A DNA stretch of 64,000 bases from assembly GCA_963676795.2 (NCBI GenBank), contig CAXXTB010000001.1, positions 1,248,001 to 1,312,000 of the forward strand. The letters are read 5' to 3'. Numbering within the stretch: position 1 is the first letter of the stretch; each line of letters begins with the position of its first letter. Source of the stretch: Geopsychrobacteraceae bacterium (lineage in GTDB: Bacteria > Desulfobacterota > Desulfuromonadia > Desulfuromonadales > Geopsychrobacteraceae). Below the pieces are notes generated by a model. That model was not told where the DNA came from and did not search any database. It was given only the letters and a program-made list of their open reading frames with translations. Below are positions 38,461 through 50,506 of the stretch, one piece after another. A program made the translations under genes and the position numbers.

Positions 38461-39531
38461 TTGCGCCATAGAACCCGTCAAGTTCAATTAGGTTCCGTCA
38501 AAATCGGTGGTGATGCGCCGGTTTCCGTTCAGTCGATGACCAATACCGATACCCGCGATGTCGTGGCCACCCTGGAGCAGATCGAGCGGCTGGCCAAGGC
38601 CGGCTGTGAGATCGTCCGCTGCGCGGTGCCTGATCAGGCCGCGGCCGAAGCTCTCGGTACGATCGTGCGGGGGAGTTCTCTGCCGCTGATCGCCGATATC
38701 CATTTCGATTACAGGCTGGCTCTGGCTGCCGTGGAGTCGGGGGTTGCCGGTTTGCGTCTCAATCCCGGTAATATCGGCGAGACCTGGAAGGTCGCTGAGG
38801 TCGTCAGCGCCTGTCGCGAGCGCCAGCTGCCGATCCGTATCGGCGTCAATGCCGGTTCGCTGGAACCGGAATTGCTGCGCAAATACGGGCACCCGACCTC
38901 TGAAGCGATGGTTGAAAGCGCGCTCGGCCATATTCGCATCCTCGAAGAGCTGAATTATGAGCAGATCAAGGTCAGTCTCAAGGCCTCCGATATTGCCCGC
39001 ACCGTCGATGCTTATCGGCTGCTGGCCAAACAGTGCGATTATCCGCTGCATATCGGTATTACTGAGGCGGGCACGACCTGGAGCGGCACGATCAAGAGTG
39101 CCATCGGCCTGGGGATGCTGCTCTATGACGGAATCGGTGATACCCTGCGCGTTTCGCTGACTGGCGACCCGGTCGAGGAGGTGCGGGTCGGCTGGGAGAT
39201 TCTCAAGAGTCTGCGGCTGCGCGAAAAGGGGCCGATATTCATCAGCTGTCCGACCTGTGGGCGCTGTCAGATCGATCTGATCGGCACCGCCGAAGAGGTC
39301 GAAAGGCGGCTGCAGGATCTGCCCCTGCCGATCACCATCGCGGTCATGGGCTGTGTCGTCAACGGTCCGGGGGAAGCACGTGAAGCCGATCTGGGGATCG
39401 CCGGCGGCAAGGGGCAGGGAATCCTGTTCCGGCGCGGCGAGATTGTCCGCAAGGTGCCACAGGCCGAATTGGCCGATGTGCTGGTCGAGGAAGCCTGGAA
39501 GCTGGTCGGGGAATCTGGTGAGCAAGATTGA
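38461..39531 (+). CDS. ispG: 4-hydroxy-3-methylbut-2-en-1-yl diphosphate synthase
   Basis: VQSMT, ADIHF, NPGN, CPTCGR, MGCVVNGPGEA. Confidence 0.97.
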   Translation: MRHRTRQVQLGSVKIGGDAPVSVQSMTNTDTRDVVATLEQIERLAKAGCEIVRCAVPDQAAAEALGTIVRGSSLPLIADIHFDYRLALAAVESGVAGLRLNPGNIGETWKVAEVVSACRERQLPIRIGVNAGSLEPELLRKYGHPTSEAMVESALGHIRILEELNYEQIKVSLKASDIARTVDAYRLLAKQCDYPLHIGITEAGTTWSGTIKSAIGLGMLLYDGIGDTLRVSLTGDPVEEVRVGWEILKSLRLREKGPIFISCPTCGRCQIDLIGTAEEVERRLQDLPLPITIAVMGCVVNGPGEAREADLGIAGGKGQGILFRRGEIVRKVPQAELADVLVEEAWKLVGESGEQD

Positions 39532-40666
39532 GGAGCAGCTCGATATCGTCCTGATCGAACCCTTTCTGACCGGGTCTCACGCGGCCTGGGCCAGGGAACT
39601 GGCAGAAAACAGCCGCCATCGGATTGAAATCCTCGGGCTTGACGGGCGTTACTGGAAGTGGCGTATGCACGGCGGGGCGGTCGAACTGGCCGACAGGTTT
39701 CTGGCCCGGGAGCTGCGCCCGGATCTGCTTCTCGCCAGCGATATGCTTGACCTGTCCAGTTTTCTGGCTCTGACCCGTAGACAGACCGCCGCTCTCCCGG
39801 TGGCGCTCTATTTCCACGAGAATCAACTTTGTTACCCCTGGTCTCCCGATGATCGGGATGTCGCCCTCAAACGGGATGCGCATTACGCATTCATGAATTA
39901 TACCTCGGCGCTGGCGGCCGATGCGCTGCTGTTCAATTCTGCTTATCACCGGAACGCTTTGCTTGCTCAATTGCCTGAGTTTCTGAACGGCTTTCCTGAT
40001 TATCGCGGGCTTGGGAATGTCGCCAGAATTGCTGAAAAGGGGCGCGTGCTGCCGCTCGGGCTTGACCTGCGGGCCCTGGATGGTTTTCGGCCGGATGATG
40101 TGTCTGAGAATGAGGTGCCGCTGATTCTCTGGAATCACCGCTGGGAGTATGACAAGAACCCGGAGGAGTTTTTTCGGGCCCTTTACCTGCTGGCCGATGA
40201 GGGAATACCCTTTCAGTTGGCGGTTCTCGGGGAGGAATACCGCAAGACTCCGTCGGTTTTTACCGAGGCCCGTCAGCGCCTGAAAGATCAGATCGTTCAC
40301 TGGGGCTATGCCAAAAGCCGCAGCGATTATGCACGCTGGCTCTGGCGTGCCGACATCCTGCCGGTGACCTCTGTCCATGATTTCTTCGGTATCAGTGTTG
40401 TCGAAGCGATCTATTGTGGCTGCCTGCCGCTGTTGCCGAAGCGACTCGCCTATCCGGAACATCTGCCCGAAACCTTGGTCGAGAGCTGCAGCTATGATAC
40501 CTTTGACGGGCTGGTCAACAGATTGCGCCAGCACTGTCGCCATGAGGGGTTGCAGGCCGATCCCGCTTTGCGCGATCATGTCGCCAGGTATGACTGGCGA
40601 ACCATGGTGCTGCATTATGACCGATGTTTCAGCGAGCTGTTCGCGAGAGGCGCCAAACAAGCATAG
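39518..40666 (+). CDS. GT-B glycosyltransferase, GTDC1/DUF3524-like
   Basis: EPFLTGSH, WKWRM, YFHENQL.YP, FNS, WNHRWEYDKNPE, HDFFGISVVEA, RLAYPE; GTG start overlaps ispG end. Confidence 0.82.
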   Translation: MSKIEEQLDIVLIEPFLTGSHAAWARELAENSRHRIEILGLDGRYWKWRMHGGAVELADRFLARELRPDLLLASDMLDLSSFLALTRRQTAALPVALYFHENQLCYPWSPDDRDVALKRDAHYAFMNYTSALAADALLFNSAYHRNALLAQLPEFLNGFPDYRGLGNVARIAEKGRVLPLGLDLRALDGFRPDDVSENEVPLILWNHRWEYDKNPEEFFRALYLLADEGIPFQLAVLGEEYRKTPSVFTEARQRLKDQIVHWGYAKSRSDYARWLWRADILPVTSVHDFFGISVVEAIYCGCLPLLPKRLAYPEHLPETLVESCSYDTFDGLVNRLRQHCRHEGLQADPALRDHVARYDWRTMVLHYDRCFSELFARGAKQA

Positions 40667-40769
40667 CGGCTTGCTTTTCTGCGCAATTCAGGGTAGTTTT
40701 CTCTACCTCTGATTTCGACTTCAGGTTCAGGAACTTGTTGGCTTATTGGATAGGCCGACATTCATTCTG

Positions 40770-40937
40770 CTGGGAGCCTGTCGGGCTTTGCGGATCGTCG
40801 CGAAAAATCAGCTGGTTGAAAACAGATTTTCGACCGTTTGAGAGCGAATAGCCGTAGCTATTTGTCGAAAAGGGTCGGAAATATGGACCGATCAGATGGT
40901 TTGCAGCAGATGCATGTAAAGTCCGACAGGCTCCTAG
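40770..40937. mobile_element. ~168-bp MITE-like element with 22-bp terminal inverted repeats
   Basis: CTGGGAGCCTGTCGGGCTTTGC ... GTAAAGTCCGACAGGCTCCTAG (19/22 match); inner IRs ATTTTCGACC/GGTCGGAAAT and GAATAGC/GCTATTT; no ORF of substance. Confidence 0.72.
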
Positions 40938-40976
40938 TCCATATTTTTTTCGTAACCAGTAAACAGGAAGAATTTC

Positions 40977-42692
40977 ATGCGTTATTCCCAATATCTCTTG
41001 CCGACTCTCAAAGAGAATCCGGCGGATGCTGAAGTTGTCAGTCATCAGTTGATGACGCGTGCCGGTATGATTCGCAAGCTGGCCGCCGGAATTTACAATT
41101 ACATGCCGCTGGGGCTGCGCTCGATCCGCAAGATGGAGCAGATTATCCGCGAGGAGATGAACAGGGCCGGGGCCATCGAATGTCTCATGCCGATGGCCAA
41201 TCCCGCCGAGCTATGGCAGGAATCGGGACGCTGGGAAAAATACGGCAAGGAACTGCTCCGCTTCAAAGACCGCAAGGATACCGACTTCTGCGTCGGGCCG
41301 ACCCATGAGGAGGTTATCACCGATATCGTCCGTAATACGGTCAACTCCTATCGCCAGCTACCGCTCAATCTCTATCAGATCCAGACCAAGTTCCGTGATG
41401 AGATCCGCCCTCGTTTCGGCCTGATGCGCGGCCGTGAATTCATCATGAAGGATGCCTATTCCTTTGATCTCAACGATGAAGGTGCCGATGAGTCCTACCG
41501 CAAGATGTACCAGGCTTATCGCAATATCTTCACTCGTTGCGGTCTCAAGTTCCGTGCCGTCGAAGCCGACAGTGGCTCGATCGGCGGCAGCTTTTCCCAC
41601 GAATTCATGGTACTGGCCGAGTCGGGTGAGGACGGGATCGTCTCCTGTGATTCCTGTGAATACGCAGCCAATGTCGAGAAGGCGGAGCTGGTTTACCCTG
41701 GTCTGAAAACGCCGCAAGCCTCATCTGAACTGCAGAAGATCGAAACCCCGGATCAACGGACTATTGAAGAAGTTGCCGATTTTCTCAATATTGCTAAGCA
41801 GCAACTGGTCAAAACCCTGATCGTGCAGACCTCCGATGATGAGGTGGTCGCGGTGCTGCTGCGTGGCGACCGTGAACTCAACGAGATCAAACTGGCCAAC
41901 CTGCTGGGTGTTGACTGGGTGCTGATGGCTGAGGATGCGGTTGTCCGCGACGTGACCGGTGCCCCAACCGGGTTTGCCGGGCCGATCGGGCTCAAGGTGA
42001 AAATTATCGCTGATGCCGAAGTTCTCGGTATGGCGGATTTTGTCGTGGGCGGCAACGAAGTCGACGTCCATTTCCTCGCTGCCAATATCGGCCGTGATTT
42101 CGAGGTTGCCCAGTTCGCCGATATCCGTCAGGCGGTCGCCGGCGATAACTGTCCACGTTGTTCCGGCAAGCTGGAAAGCTGGCGGGGCATCGAGGTCGGC
42201 CATGTTTTCAAGCTGGGCACCAAATATTCCGAAGCCTTGAACGCCAGCGTGCTTGACGATCAGGGCAAGGCTGTTACGCTGGTCATGGGCTGTTACGGAA
42301 TCGGTGTCGGCCGGACTGTCGCTGCCGCCATCGAACAGAATCACGATGAGAACGGGATGATGTTGCCGATGCCTCTGGCACCGTTTCAGGTGACCGTGTT
42401 GATGCTCAATCCGAAAGACGACGAAGTGCGTAGTGCCTCCGAGTCGATCTATCAGCAGCTGACTGACGCCGGTGTCGAGGTGCTGCTCGACGATCGTAAC
42501 GAGCGCCCGGGGATCAAGTTCAAGGATGCCGATCTGGTCGGTATCCCACTGCGCATCACTGTCGGTGCCAAGACCCTGGCTGACGGGCTGGTTGAGCTTA
42601 AGGATCGGGCGACCGGTGAGGCGTCGACCGTTGCCCTCGGTGAGGTTGTTCAGCAGGTCAGCCAGATGGTTGCCGAGGCTATGCGGGCCTGA
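40977..42692 (+). CDS. proS: Proline--tRNA ligase (bacterial type, with editing domain)
   Basis: [38 protein letters not shown]. Confidence 0.98.
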   Translation: MRYSQYLLPTLKENPADAEVVSHQLMTRAGMIRKLAAGIYNYMPLGLRSIRKMEQIIREEMNRAGAIECLMPMANPAELWQESGRWEKYGKELLRFKDRKDTDFCVGPTHEEVITDIVRNTVNSYRQLPLNLYQIQTKFRDEIRPRFGLMRGREFIMKDAYSFDLNDEGADESYRKMYQAYRNIFTRCGLKFRAVEADSGSIGGSFSHEFMVLAESGEDGIVSCDSCEYAANVEKAELVYPGLKTPQASSELQKIETPDQRTIEEVADFLNIAKQQLVKTLIVQTSDDEVVAVLLRGDRELNEIKLANLLGVDWVLMAEDAVVRDVTGAPTGFAGPIGLKVKIIADAEVLGMADFVVGGNEVDVHFLAANIGRDFEVAQFADIRQAVAGDNCPRCSGKLESWRGIEVGHVFKLGTKYSEALNASVLDDQGKAVTLVMGCYGIGVGRTVAAAIEQNHDENGMMLPMPLAPFQVTVLMLNPKDDEVRSASESIYQQLTDAGVEVLLDDRNERPGIKFKDADLVGIPLRITVGAKTLADGLVELKDRATGEASTVALGEVVQQVSQMVAEAMRA

Positions 42693-42795
42693 GATCCATC
42701 AGCCAGAGCGTTGGCATCCGTGTGCTGTGGCTGCCAACGCTCCGGCTGATTCTGTGAACTGTTGTTTGCAGCGGAATGACTGATAAAGACGGGCT

Positions 42796-44025
42796 ATGAG
42801 TGATTTCAGAATCAACAACAACAGCATAGGTCTGCCGGCTGACGTGGCCCAGTCTTTAGGGGCAGATGCGTTGCAGCTTATCTCCGCGTCTGAATCGCAC
42901 CTGCTGCTGGGTCGGCCGGACGCTGAGAACCCGATTCTCCTCAGTGGTATTCTGGAGGCCGGAGCGATCCCTGACCTGCTCTCCTATTTCAATATGTTTC
43001 GCAAGACCGGTCTTTTGCACATCGATCTGGAAGGTGGTGCCAAGGCGCTCTATTTTCAGGAGGGGGAGGTCGTCTTTGCGGCCAGTACCTTCGCTTCCGA
43101 AGATATCGGCGAGGTCCTGTTTGCTCTCGGCAAAGTTGAAAAAGAGCTGCTGCTGAAGCTGCGGGCACGGGTCAGCGCTTCGGTTACTCTGGGTAAATTG
43201 CTGGTTGAATACGGTGATGTGTCGCCCAGGGATCTGTGGCTGGCGGCGCGCAGCCAGGTCGAAAATATCGTTTACAATCTGTTTACCGCCCAGCGGGGCG
43301 GTTTTTATTTCCAGCAGAGAGCCATCGAGCTGGAGCAGATCGTCCGTCTGTCGATGAGTACCCAGAATCTGATCATGGAGGGGTTGCGACGGATGGATGA
43401 AAAGGCGCTGTTCATGCGCAAGATCTATTCTCTGGATCATTATCCTGTTGAAACCGGCAAGGCTCCGGTCAATCTGGGGCAGGGCGAGGCAAGGCTTCTG
43501 ACGCTGTGCCAGCCTGGGCTGCTGACCGTCCGGGATCTTCTGCGTAAGGCCGGGATGCTCGAGTTCGACGGTCTCCGCTTGCTCTACGGTCTGGTCGAGC
43601 AGAAATATGTCAAGATGGATGATGCCCCGACCACTGAGGTTGAGGGCACTCTGGGGGAGGTCCTGGCGACCTATAACGGCCTGTTGCGCTCCATTTTTGC
43701 GAAAATAGTCAAAGTGGATTCGGGCTTCTCTGGTGAGATGGTTGAGGCCTTGCGCGATATGCCTCAGCCCTATTCTTTTGTCTTGAGGGATGTCGAGCTG
43801 GCTGCAGACGGGACGCTGGACGGTTCCCGGATTGTGTCAAATCTCGACGGGCTCGAAGAGGGGGATAAGCAGAAACTGCTTGCCGATACCCTCTGTGAGG
43901 TCGTATTTATCGAAACCATGTTCATCCGGCGTGCGCTGGATGCTGAAGTTTCAAAACCACTGATTGCCAGGGTGCAGGATGTTACTGCGCGGATAAGAAA
44001 CCTGGTCGGGAGAGATACTGAATGA
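42796..44025 (+). CDS. DUF4388 (PatA_N-like) domain protein
   Basis: LSG.L....IPDLL......RKTG.L......K.LYF..GEVVFA.S; IGE.L; LIMEGLRRMDE. Confidence 0.72.
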   Translation: MSDFRINNNSIGLPADVAQSLGADALQLISASESHLLLGRPDAENPILLSGILEAGAIPDLLSYFNMFRKTGLLHIDLEGGAKALYFQEGEVVFAASTFASEDIGEVLFALGKVEKELLLKLRARVSASVTLGKLLVEYGDVSPRDLWLAARSQVENIVYNLFTAQRGGFYFQQRAIELEQIVRLSMSTQNLIMEGLRRMDEKALFMRKIYSLDHYPVETGKAPVNLGQGEARLLTLCQPGLLTVRDLLRKAGMLEFDGLRLLYGLVEQKYVKMDDAPTTEVEGTLGEVLATYNGLLRSIFAKIVKVDSGFSGEMVEALRDMPQPYSFVLRDVELAADGTLDGSRIVSNLDGLEEGDKQKLLADTLCEVVFIETMFIRRALDAEVSKPLIARVQDVTARIRNLVGRDTE

Positions 44026-44753
44026 GTCTGAGTGCCAAAGAAAGACTGATTTTTGCTCTGGATGTTGACAATTTTGACGCGGCACGGAAATGGGTTGAGA
44101 CCCTGCAGGAGAATGTTGGCGTCTTTAAAATTGGCAAGCAGCTGTTTACCCGCTGTGGGCCTGAGGTTGTCAGGATGGTCCACGACCATGGCGGTGAGGT
44201 CTTTCTTGATCTGAAATATCACGATATTCCCAACACTGTTGCAAAGGCTGCTGTTGAGGCCTGTAAAATGGGGGTCAAGATCTTCAACGTTCACGCTCTT
44301 GGCGGTGCGGAGATGATGGAAAGGACGGTTGCCGAGGTTGAGGCATACTGTGCGGCCAGCGGAGCCGAGAAGCCGCTCATGCTGGCGGTGACCATCCTGA
44401 CCTCGTCATCACAGGAGACCCTGCGTCAGGTCGGTATCGATCGACCGGTTGAGGAGATGGTTGTCCTTCTCGCCAGGCTGGCAAAGGCTTCCGGCTTCGG
44501 TGGTGTGGTGGCCTCAGCCCAGGAAGCAACGATGATCCGCGAGGCCTGTGGTCATGACTTTGCGATCGTGACTCCGGGTGTAAGGCCGAGTTTTGCCGCT
44601 GCTGACGATCAGAAGCGGATTATGACGCCGGCTCTGGCGATCGCCGCAGGAGCGACTTCGCTGGTTATTGGCCGACCGATCTCGGCTGCTGCCGACCCTC
44701 TGGCTGCTGCCGGGCTGATTCTGGCCGAGATCGAGGCGGCGCTGGAGAGCTGA
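44022..44753 (+). CDS. pyrF: Orotidine-5'-phosphate decarboxylase
   Basis: ALD, DLKYHDIPNT, VTILTS, TPGVR, IGRPI. Confidence 0.97.
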   Translation: MSLSAKERLIFALDVDNFDAARKWVETLQENVGVFKIGKQLFTRCGPEVVRMVHDHGGEVFLDLKYHDIPNTVAKAAVEACKMGVKIFNVHALGGAEMMERTVAEVEAYCAASGAEKPLMLAVTILTSSSQETLRQVGIDRPVEEMVVLLARLAKASGFGGVVASAQEATMIREACGHDFAIVTPGVRPSFAAADDQKRIMTPALAIAAGATSLVIGRPISAAADPLAAAGLILAEIEAALES

Positions 44754-45508
44754 TGGCAGATTTTCTTTACGGCATTAATCCGGTGAGGGAGGCCCTGTCT
44801 TCCGGTGAAGGGCGCAAGCCGACCCAGCTCTGTCTGGTCAGGGGGGAGAATAACGCACGTCTGCGTGAGATCGCGGAGATTGCCGAGGGCAGTAAGCTGC
44901 CGGTGCGGTTGATGACTCGTCAGGAGCTGGATAAGCTGGCCGGGCACAGTCATCATCAAGGGGTGTTGCTGAAGCTGACCCCCTTTGAATACGTCGACCT
45001 GGATGATCTGCTGACGTTTTGGCGCCAATCGCAGCGCTCTGCATTTATTGTGCTTCTTGACGGCATAACCGATCCGCATAATTTCGGGGCGATTCTGCGC
45101 ACTGCTGAAGTGGCGGGCTGTCATGGCGTCATTGTCGCCAAGGACCGTTCCTGCCCGGTGACTCCTGTTGTCGAGAAAACGGCGGCTGGCGCTTTGTCCT
45201 ATCTGCCCCTCTGTCAGGTGACCAATCTGTCCCGGGCGCTTGAGGACCTCAAGGCGGCCGGTATCTGGTGCTACGGTCTGGCTGGTGATGAGGGGAGCTC
45301 GGATCTTTACAGCGCCGATCTGGGCGGGGATGTCGCCATTGTTGTCGGGAGTGAAGGGAAGGGCTTGAGGCCGAATATCCGCAAGCATTGCGACGCACTG
45401 CTGGCGATACCTATGGGGGGACAGGTCGGTTCCTTGAATGCATCGGTTGCCGCTGGCGTGGCTCTGTTTGAAGTTGTCCGCCAGAAGAGCTCGCGGGGTA
45501 TTCAATAA
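44753..45508 (+). CDS. rlmB: 23S rRNA (Gm2251) methyltransferase RlmB
   Basis: HQGV, DPHNFGAILR, GSEGKG, IPM, SLNASVA SPOUT motifs. Confidence 0.94.
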   Translation: MADFLYGINPVREALSSGEGRKPTQLCLVRGENNARLREIAEIAEGSKLPVRLMTRQELDKLAGHSHHQGVLLKLTPFEYVDLDDLLTFWRQSQRSAFIVLLDGITDPHNFGAILRTAEVAGCHGVIVAKDRSCPVTPVVEKTAAGALSYLPLCQVTNLSRALEDLKAAGIWCYGLAGDEGSSDLYSADLGGDVAIVVGSEGKGLRPNIRKHCDALLAIPMGGQVGSLNASVAAGVALFEVVRQKSSRGIQ

Positions 45509-45534
45509 AAGTTCTTTTTGTGTGATTGTTTGTC

Positions 45535-45655
45535 TTGACATTGGCGCCAATGTGAAATATAAACCAGCGCTGCTGATGGATTGACATCGTCACTTGTCAG
45601 GCGGGTCGAAAAAGAGATTTTTTTTCTTGCAATCACGATCCTCATGGGGTATAAG
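45535..45655 (+). promoter_or_regulatory. Tandem sigma70 promoter candidates for the tRNA-tuf operon
   Basis: TTGACA(45535)-17-TATAAA(45558) and TTGCAA(45627)-17-TATAAG(45650). Confidence 0.6.
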
Positions 45656-45666
45656 TCCCGACCTGT

Positions 45667-45742
<76 letters not shown>

Positions 45743-45797
45743 GTTATGACTGGGAAGAGTGAAGCTCTTTAAGAATATGATTAGATAAGGTTCCCCT

Positions 45798-45882
<85 letters not shown>

Positions 45883-45996
45883 TTTAGAATCTTGCCGGAT
45901 AGGGCAGGTCCTCGGACGATCAGGAGGCGTTAGCCGATGTACTGACTAAGGGGTTTGCCAGGTCCATGTGTCACGCAAAATAGCGGTAGAGTTTGG

Positions 45997-46073
45997 GCGG
46001 GAGTAGCTCAGCTGGCTAGAGCATTAGCCTTCCAAGCTAAGGGTCGCGGGTTCGAATCCCGTTTCCCGCTCCA
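45997..46073 (+). tRNA. tRNA-Gly(UCC)
   Basis: TTAGCCT-TCC-AAGCTAA, GGTTCGAATC, CCA. Confidence 0.96.
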
Positions 46074-46104
46074 TTTTAATGACTTGCCGCGACAAAAGAA
46101 GTAT

Positions 46105-46180
<76 letters not shown>

Positions 46181-46299
46181 TTTGTTTTAGTGGAGTGTTT
46201 CTGTTTTTTGTGTAGGCTGTTAAGGTAACTTTATTTTTTACCAGGCGTATCAGGCGAAATACGAACCAATCAGACGAAAGATTATAAGGAGGTTCTCCA

Positions 46300-47490
<1,191 letters not shown>

Positions 47491-47519
47491 GCGGTAACGA
47501 ATAGGAATTAACGGAATAC

Positions 47520-47548
47520 ACCCTCCCGGCTTCGGCCGGGAGGGTTTT
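47520..47548 (+). terminator. Hairpin/terminator after tuf
   Basis: ACCCTCCCGGC-TTCG-GCCGGGAGGGT-TTT. Confidence 0.8.
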
Positions 47549-47561
47549 GTGAGGTAATTGT

Positions 47562-47711
47562 ATGCGTGACATCGTCACTCTTGCCTGCACTGAGTGCAAG
47601 CAGCGTAATTATACGACTACGAAGAACAAGAAAAATACTCCGGATAAATTGGAGTTCAATAAGTACTGCCGCTTTTGCCGTAAGCATACTCCGCACAAGG
47701 AGACCAAGTAG
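47562..47711 (+). CDS. rpmG: 50S ribosomal protein L33 (zinc-ribbon form)
   Basis: Hand-translated [49 protein letters not shown]. Confidence 0.96.
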   Translation: MRDIVTLACTECKQRNYTTTKNKKNTPDKLEFNKYCRFCRKHTPHKETK

Positions 47712-47729
47712 GCAGTGGGTTTGTAATGT

Positions 47730-47806
47730 AGGCCAGTAGCTCTAACGGCTAGAGCACCGGACTCCAAATCCGGGTGTTGGGGGTTCGAATCCCTCCTGGC
47801 CTGCCA
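47730..47806 (+). tRNA. tRNA-Trp(CCA)
   Basis: CCGGACT-CCA-AATCCGG, GGTTCGAATC, CCA; usual position before secE. Confidence 0.96.
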
Positions 47807-47837
47807 AATTTAAGTCACACCTCCATGGGGCCGATAA

Positions 47838-48023
47838 ATGTCTGTGAAAGCAACTGAGTTTCTGACAAACGTTAAGTCAGAGCTGAAGAAGGTAACCTGG
47901 CCGTCGAAAAAAGATACCTATGGTTCGACGGTGATTGTTATTGCTCTCGTTCTAGTTTGTGCGGTCTATTTTGGGGTTGTTGATATTATTCTATCGCGCC
48001 TTATCCGCCTGGTCCTCGGCTGA
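47838..48023 (+). CDS. secE: Preprotein translocase subunit SecE
   Basis: ELKKVTWP plus single TM. Confidence 0.95.
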   Translation: MSVKATEFLTNVKSELKKVTWPSKKDTYGSTVIVIALVLVCAVYFGVVDIILSRLIRLVLG

Positions 48024-48042
48024 GGAGGGAAGGTCATAACGC

Positions 48043-48576
48043 ATGGCGATGAAATGGTATGGAGTCCATACCTACTCAGGGTATGAAAATAAAGTTAAGT
48101 TAAATCTCGAGGAACGTATTCGTTCGATGGGTGTGGAAGATCAGTTTGAGGAGATTCTGATACCTTCCGAAACGGTCATCGAGATGAGGAAAGGTGAGCG
48201 TAAGACATCGACACGCAAGTTCTTTCCTGGCTACATTCTGGTCAAGATGGAATTGAACGACGAGACCTGGCACGTCGTCACCGGTACGGCAAAGGTGACC
48301 GGTTTTGTCGGTGGTGGTCAAAATCCACCGTCGATTCCAGAGGATGAAGTTGCAAAAATCACCAACCGTATGGAGGAGGGTGTCGAAAAGCCCAAGCCAA
48401 AGGTTGAGTTTGAGGTTGGTGAGACAGTTCGAGTTGTTGATGGTCCTTTCCTGAACTTCACCGGTATTGTTGAAGATGTCAGGCCGGATCGCGGGACCTT
48501 GAAGGTTATGGTCAGTATCTTCGGTCGGGTTACGCCGGTCGAGCTAGAGTTTATTCAGGTCGAAAAGACAAGCTGA
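48043..48576 (+). CDS. nusG: Transcription termination/antitermination factor NusG
   Basis: [21 protein letters not shown]. Confidence 0.98.
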   Translation: MAMKWYGVHTYSGYENKVKLNLEERIRSMGVEDQFEEILIPSETVIEMRKGERKTSTRKFFPGYILVKMELNDETWHVVTGTAKVTGFVGGGQNPPSIPEDEVAKITNRMEEGVEKPKPKVEFEVGETVRVVDGPFLNFTGIVEDVRPDRGTLKVMVSIFGRVTPVELEFIQVEKTS

Positions 48577-48614
48577 TCTGTCTTTGATCAGAATGTTCGT
48601 TTAAGGAGTCAGAA

Positions 48615-49037
48615 ATGGCCAAAAAAGTAGTTGGACAGATTAAATTGCAGATTCCGGCAGGCAAAGCTAACCCTTCGCCTCCAGTTGGTCCCGCGCTCGG
48701 TCAGCACGGTGTCAACATTATGGAATTCTGTAAGGCGTACAACGCGAAAACTGCAGATCAGGAAGGTCTGATCATTCCTGTAGTTATTACCGTTTATGCA
48801 GACCGTTCCTTTACCTTTATCACCAAAACCCCACCAGCATCTGTTCTGTTGCTGCGTGCTGCCGGCCTCAAGAGCGGTTCCGGCGTACCGAACAAGAACA
48901 AGGTCGGTAAGGTGAGCAAGGATCAGGTTCTTGAAATCGCGCGTCTGAAAATGCCGGATCTGAATGCGTTTTCGGAAGAAGCAGCTGTACGTATCATCGA
49001 AGGTACCGCTCGTAGCATGGGAATTGAAGTCGCCTAA
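48615..49037 (+). CDS. rplK: 50S ribosomal protein L11
   Basis: [19 protein letters not shown]. Confidence 0.98.
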   Translation: MAKKVVGQIKLQIPAGKANPSPPVGPALGQHGVNIMEFCKAYNAKTADQEGLIIPVVITVYADRSFTFITKTPPASVLLLRAAGLKSGSGVPNKNKVGKVSKDQVLEIARLKMPDLNAFSEEAAVRIIEGTARSMGIEVA

Positions 49038-49060
49038 GCGGCGAGTAGTGGAGATAAGAG

Positions 49061-49762
49061 ATGGCAGCAGGTAAAAATATCAAAAAAGCAAAAGAGTTGG
49101 TAGACCGCTCTCGCCTCTATACCCTTGACGAAGCGCTTGACTTGGTAAAGCAAGGTGCCTTTGCTAAGTTCGACGAAACTGTCGACGTCAGCGTACGTCT
49201 TGGTGTTGACCCGCGTAAGGCGGATCAGATGGTGCGCGGCGCAGTTGTTCTGCCGAACGGTCTGGGTAAGTCAGTTCGCGTTCTGGTCTTTGCCAAGGGT
49301 CCTAAGGCTCAGGAGGCTGAAGCGGCTGGTGCTGACTACGTTGGTGCCGAAGACCTGGCTGAAAAGATCCAGGGTGGCTGGTTCGATTTCGATACCGCTA
49401 TTGCGTCTCCGGACATGATGGGTGTTGTCGGTAAGATCGGTCGTCTGCTCGGTCCACGTGGTCTGATGCCGAACCCTAAGGTCGGTACCGTCACTCTGGA
49501 CGTTGCGAGGGCCGTCGAGGAAGCCAAGTCGGGTAAGATCGAGTACCGTGTTGAAAAAGCGGGTATCGTGCATGCTCCGGTTGGTAAGGTCTCCTTTGAT
49601 GCTGAGAAGCTCAAGGAAAACATCCTCTCGCTGGTAGATGTTCTGGTCAAGGCCAAGCCTTCGACCGCAAAAGGCACTTACCTGAAGAAGGTTTGCCTGT
49701 CCAGCACCATGGGTGCAGGCATCAATATTGATATTCCACAACTGCAAACACTGCTGAAGTAA
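49061..49762 (+). CDS. rplA: 50S ribosomal protein L1
   Basis: [22 protein letters not shown]. Confidence 0.98.
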   Translation: MAAGKNIKKAKELVDRSRLYTLDEALDLVKQGAFAKFDETVDVSVRLGVDPRKADQMVRGAVVLPNGLGKSVRVLVFAKGPKAQEAEAAGADYVGAEDLAEKIQGGWFDFDTAIASPDMMGVVGKIGRLLGPRGLMPNPKVGTVTLDVARAVEEAKSGKIEYRVEKAGIVHAPVGKVSFDAEKLKENILSLVDVLVKAKPSTAKGTYLKKVCLSSTMGAGINIDIPQLQTLLK

Positions 49763-49787
49763 TCTTCAGCAGTGTCTACAACTACTC

Positions 49788-49850
49788 TAAGTCAAAGACA
49801 GCAGGCATGCTTTTATAGCATTTAATGGTTTCCACCTGCCGAGGCTTGAA
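49788..49850 (+). promoter_or_regulatory. L10 leader (rplJ autoregulatory RNA)
   Basis: AAGACAGCAGG...TTAA...CCTGCCGAGG pattern in the rplA-rplJ spacer. Confidence 0.7.
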
Positions 49851-49939
49851 GGGTCTGGTGACGACAATGTCGTTCTCCTTCAATTTGACTTGGACGGGGC
49901 CTGAGGCCCCAAGACTATTGAAGAAAGGAGGATGACTAG

Positions 49940-50458
49940 ATGAACAGAACAGAGAAAGAGCAAATTGTTCAGGAATTGTCGCAGCGCCTTCAAGAAGCCT
50001 CAGCTGCATTTCTGGCGGATTATCGTGGTATCAACGTCGATCAGGCGACCCAGCTTCGTCGTGAGCTGACCGCTGCTGGCGTTGAATATCGCGTTGTCAA
50101 AAACAACCTGTTAAAACTTGCTGCACAAGGCACCCCTGCTGAAAGTCTGCAGGATTACTGTGCCGGTCCGACCGCGATTGCGTTTGCCGGTGCCGATCCT
50201 GTTGCACCTGCAAAAATTCTGACCAAATTTGCTAAAGATGTTGAAAAGTTCGAACTCAAAGCAGCCGTTTTAAGTGGCAAGTCGATTACTGTCGCTGAAA
50301 TCGGTGCGCTGGCGAATATGCCAAGCCGTGAAGAACTTATCGCCAAGGCACTGGGTTCAATGAATGCTCCGGTTACCAACTTTGTTGGTACTCTGGCTGC
50401 AATTCCACGCTCCCTGGTTCAGGTGCTCAACGCAATTGCGCAGAGCAAAGCAGCATAA
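49940..50458 (+). CDS. rplJ: 50S ribosomal protein L10
   Basis: DYRG, VVKN.L, GPTAIAF, PSREEL. Confidence 0.97.
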   Translation: MNRTEKEQIVQELSQRLQEASAAFLADYRGINVDQATQLRRELTAAGVEYRVVKNNLLKLAAQGTPAESLQDYCAGPTAIAFAGADPVAPAKILTKFAKDVEKFELKAAVLSGKSITVAEIGALANMPSREELIAKALGSMNAPVTNFVGTLAAIPRSLVQVLNAIAQSKAA

Positions 50459-50506
50459 CTATCATTTATCAGTAAACTAAGTTAAAATATCCGTTTGGAG
50501 GAAAAA

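Noticed and set aside
40624..41045. Short ORFs across the glycosyltransferase-proS spacer; T-box leader for proS
   Set aside because: The ORFs are explained by the inverted-repeat element; no T-box consensus or terminator/antiterminator seen
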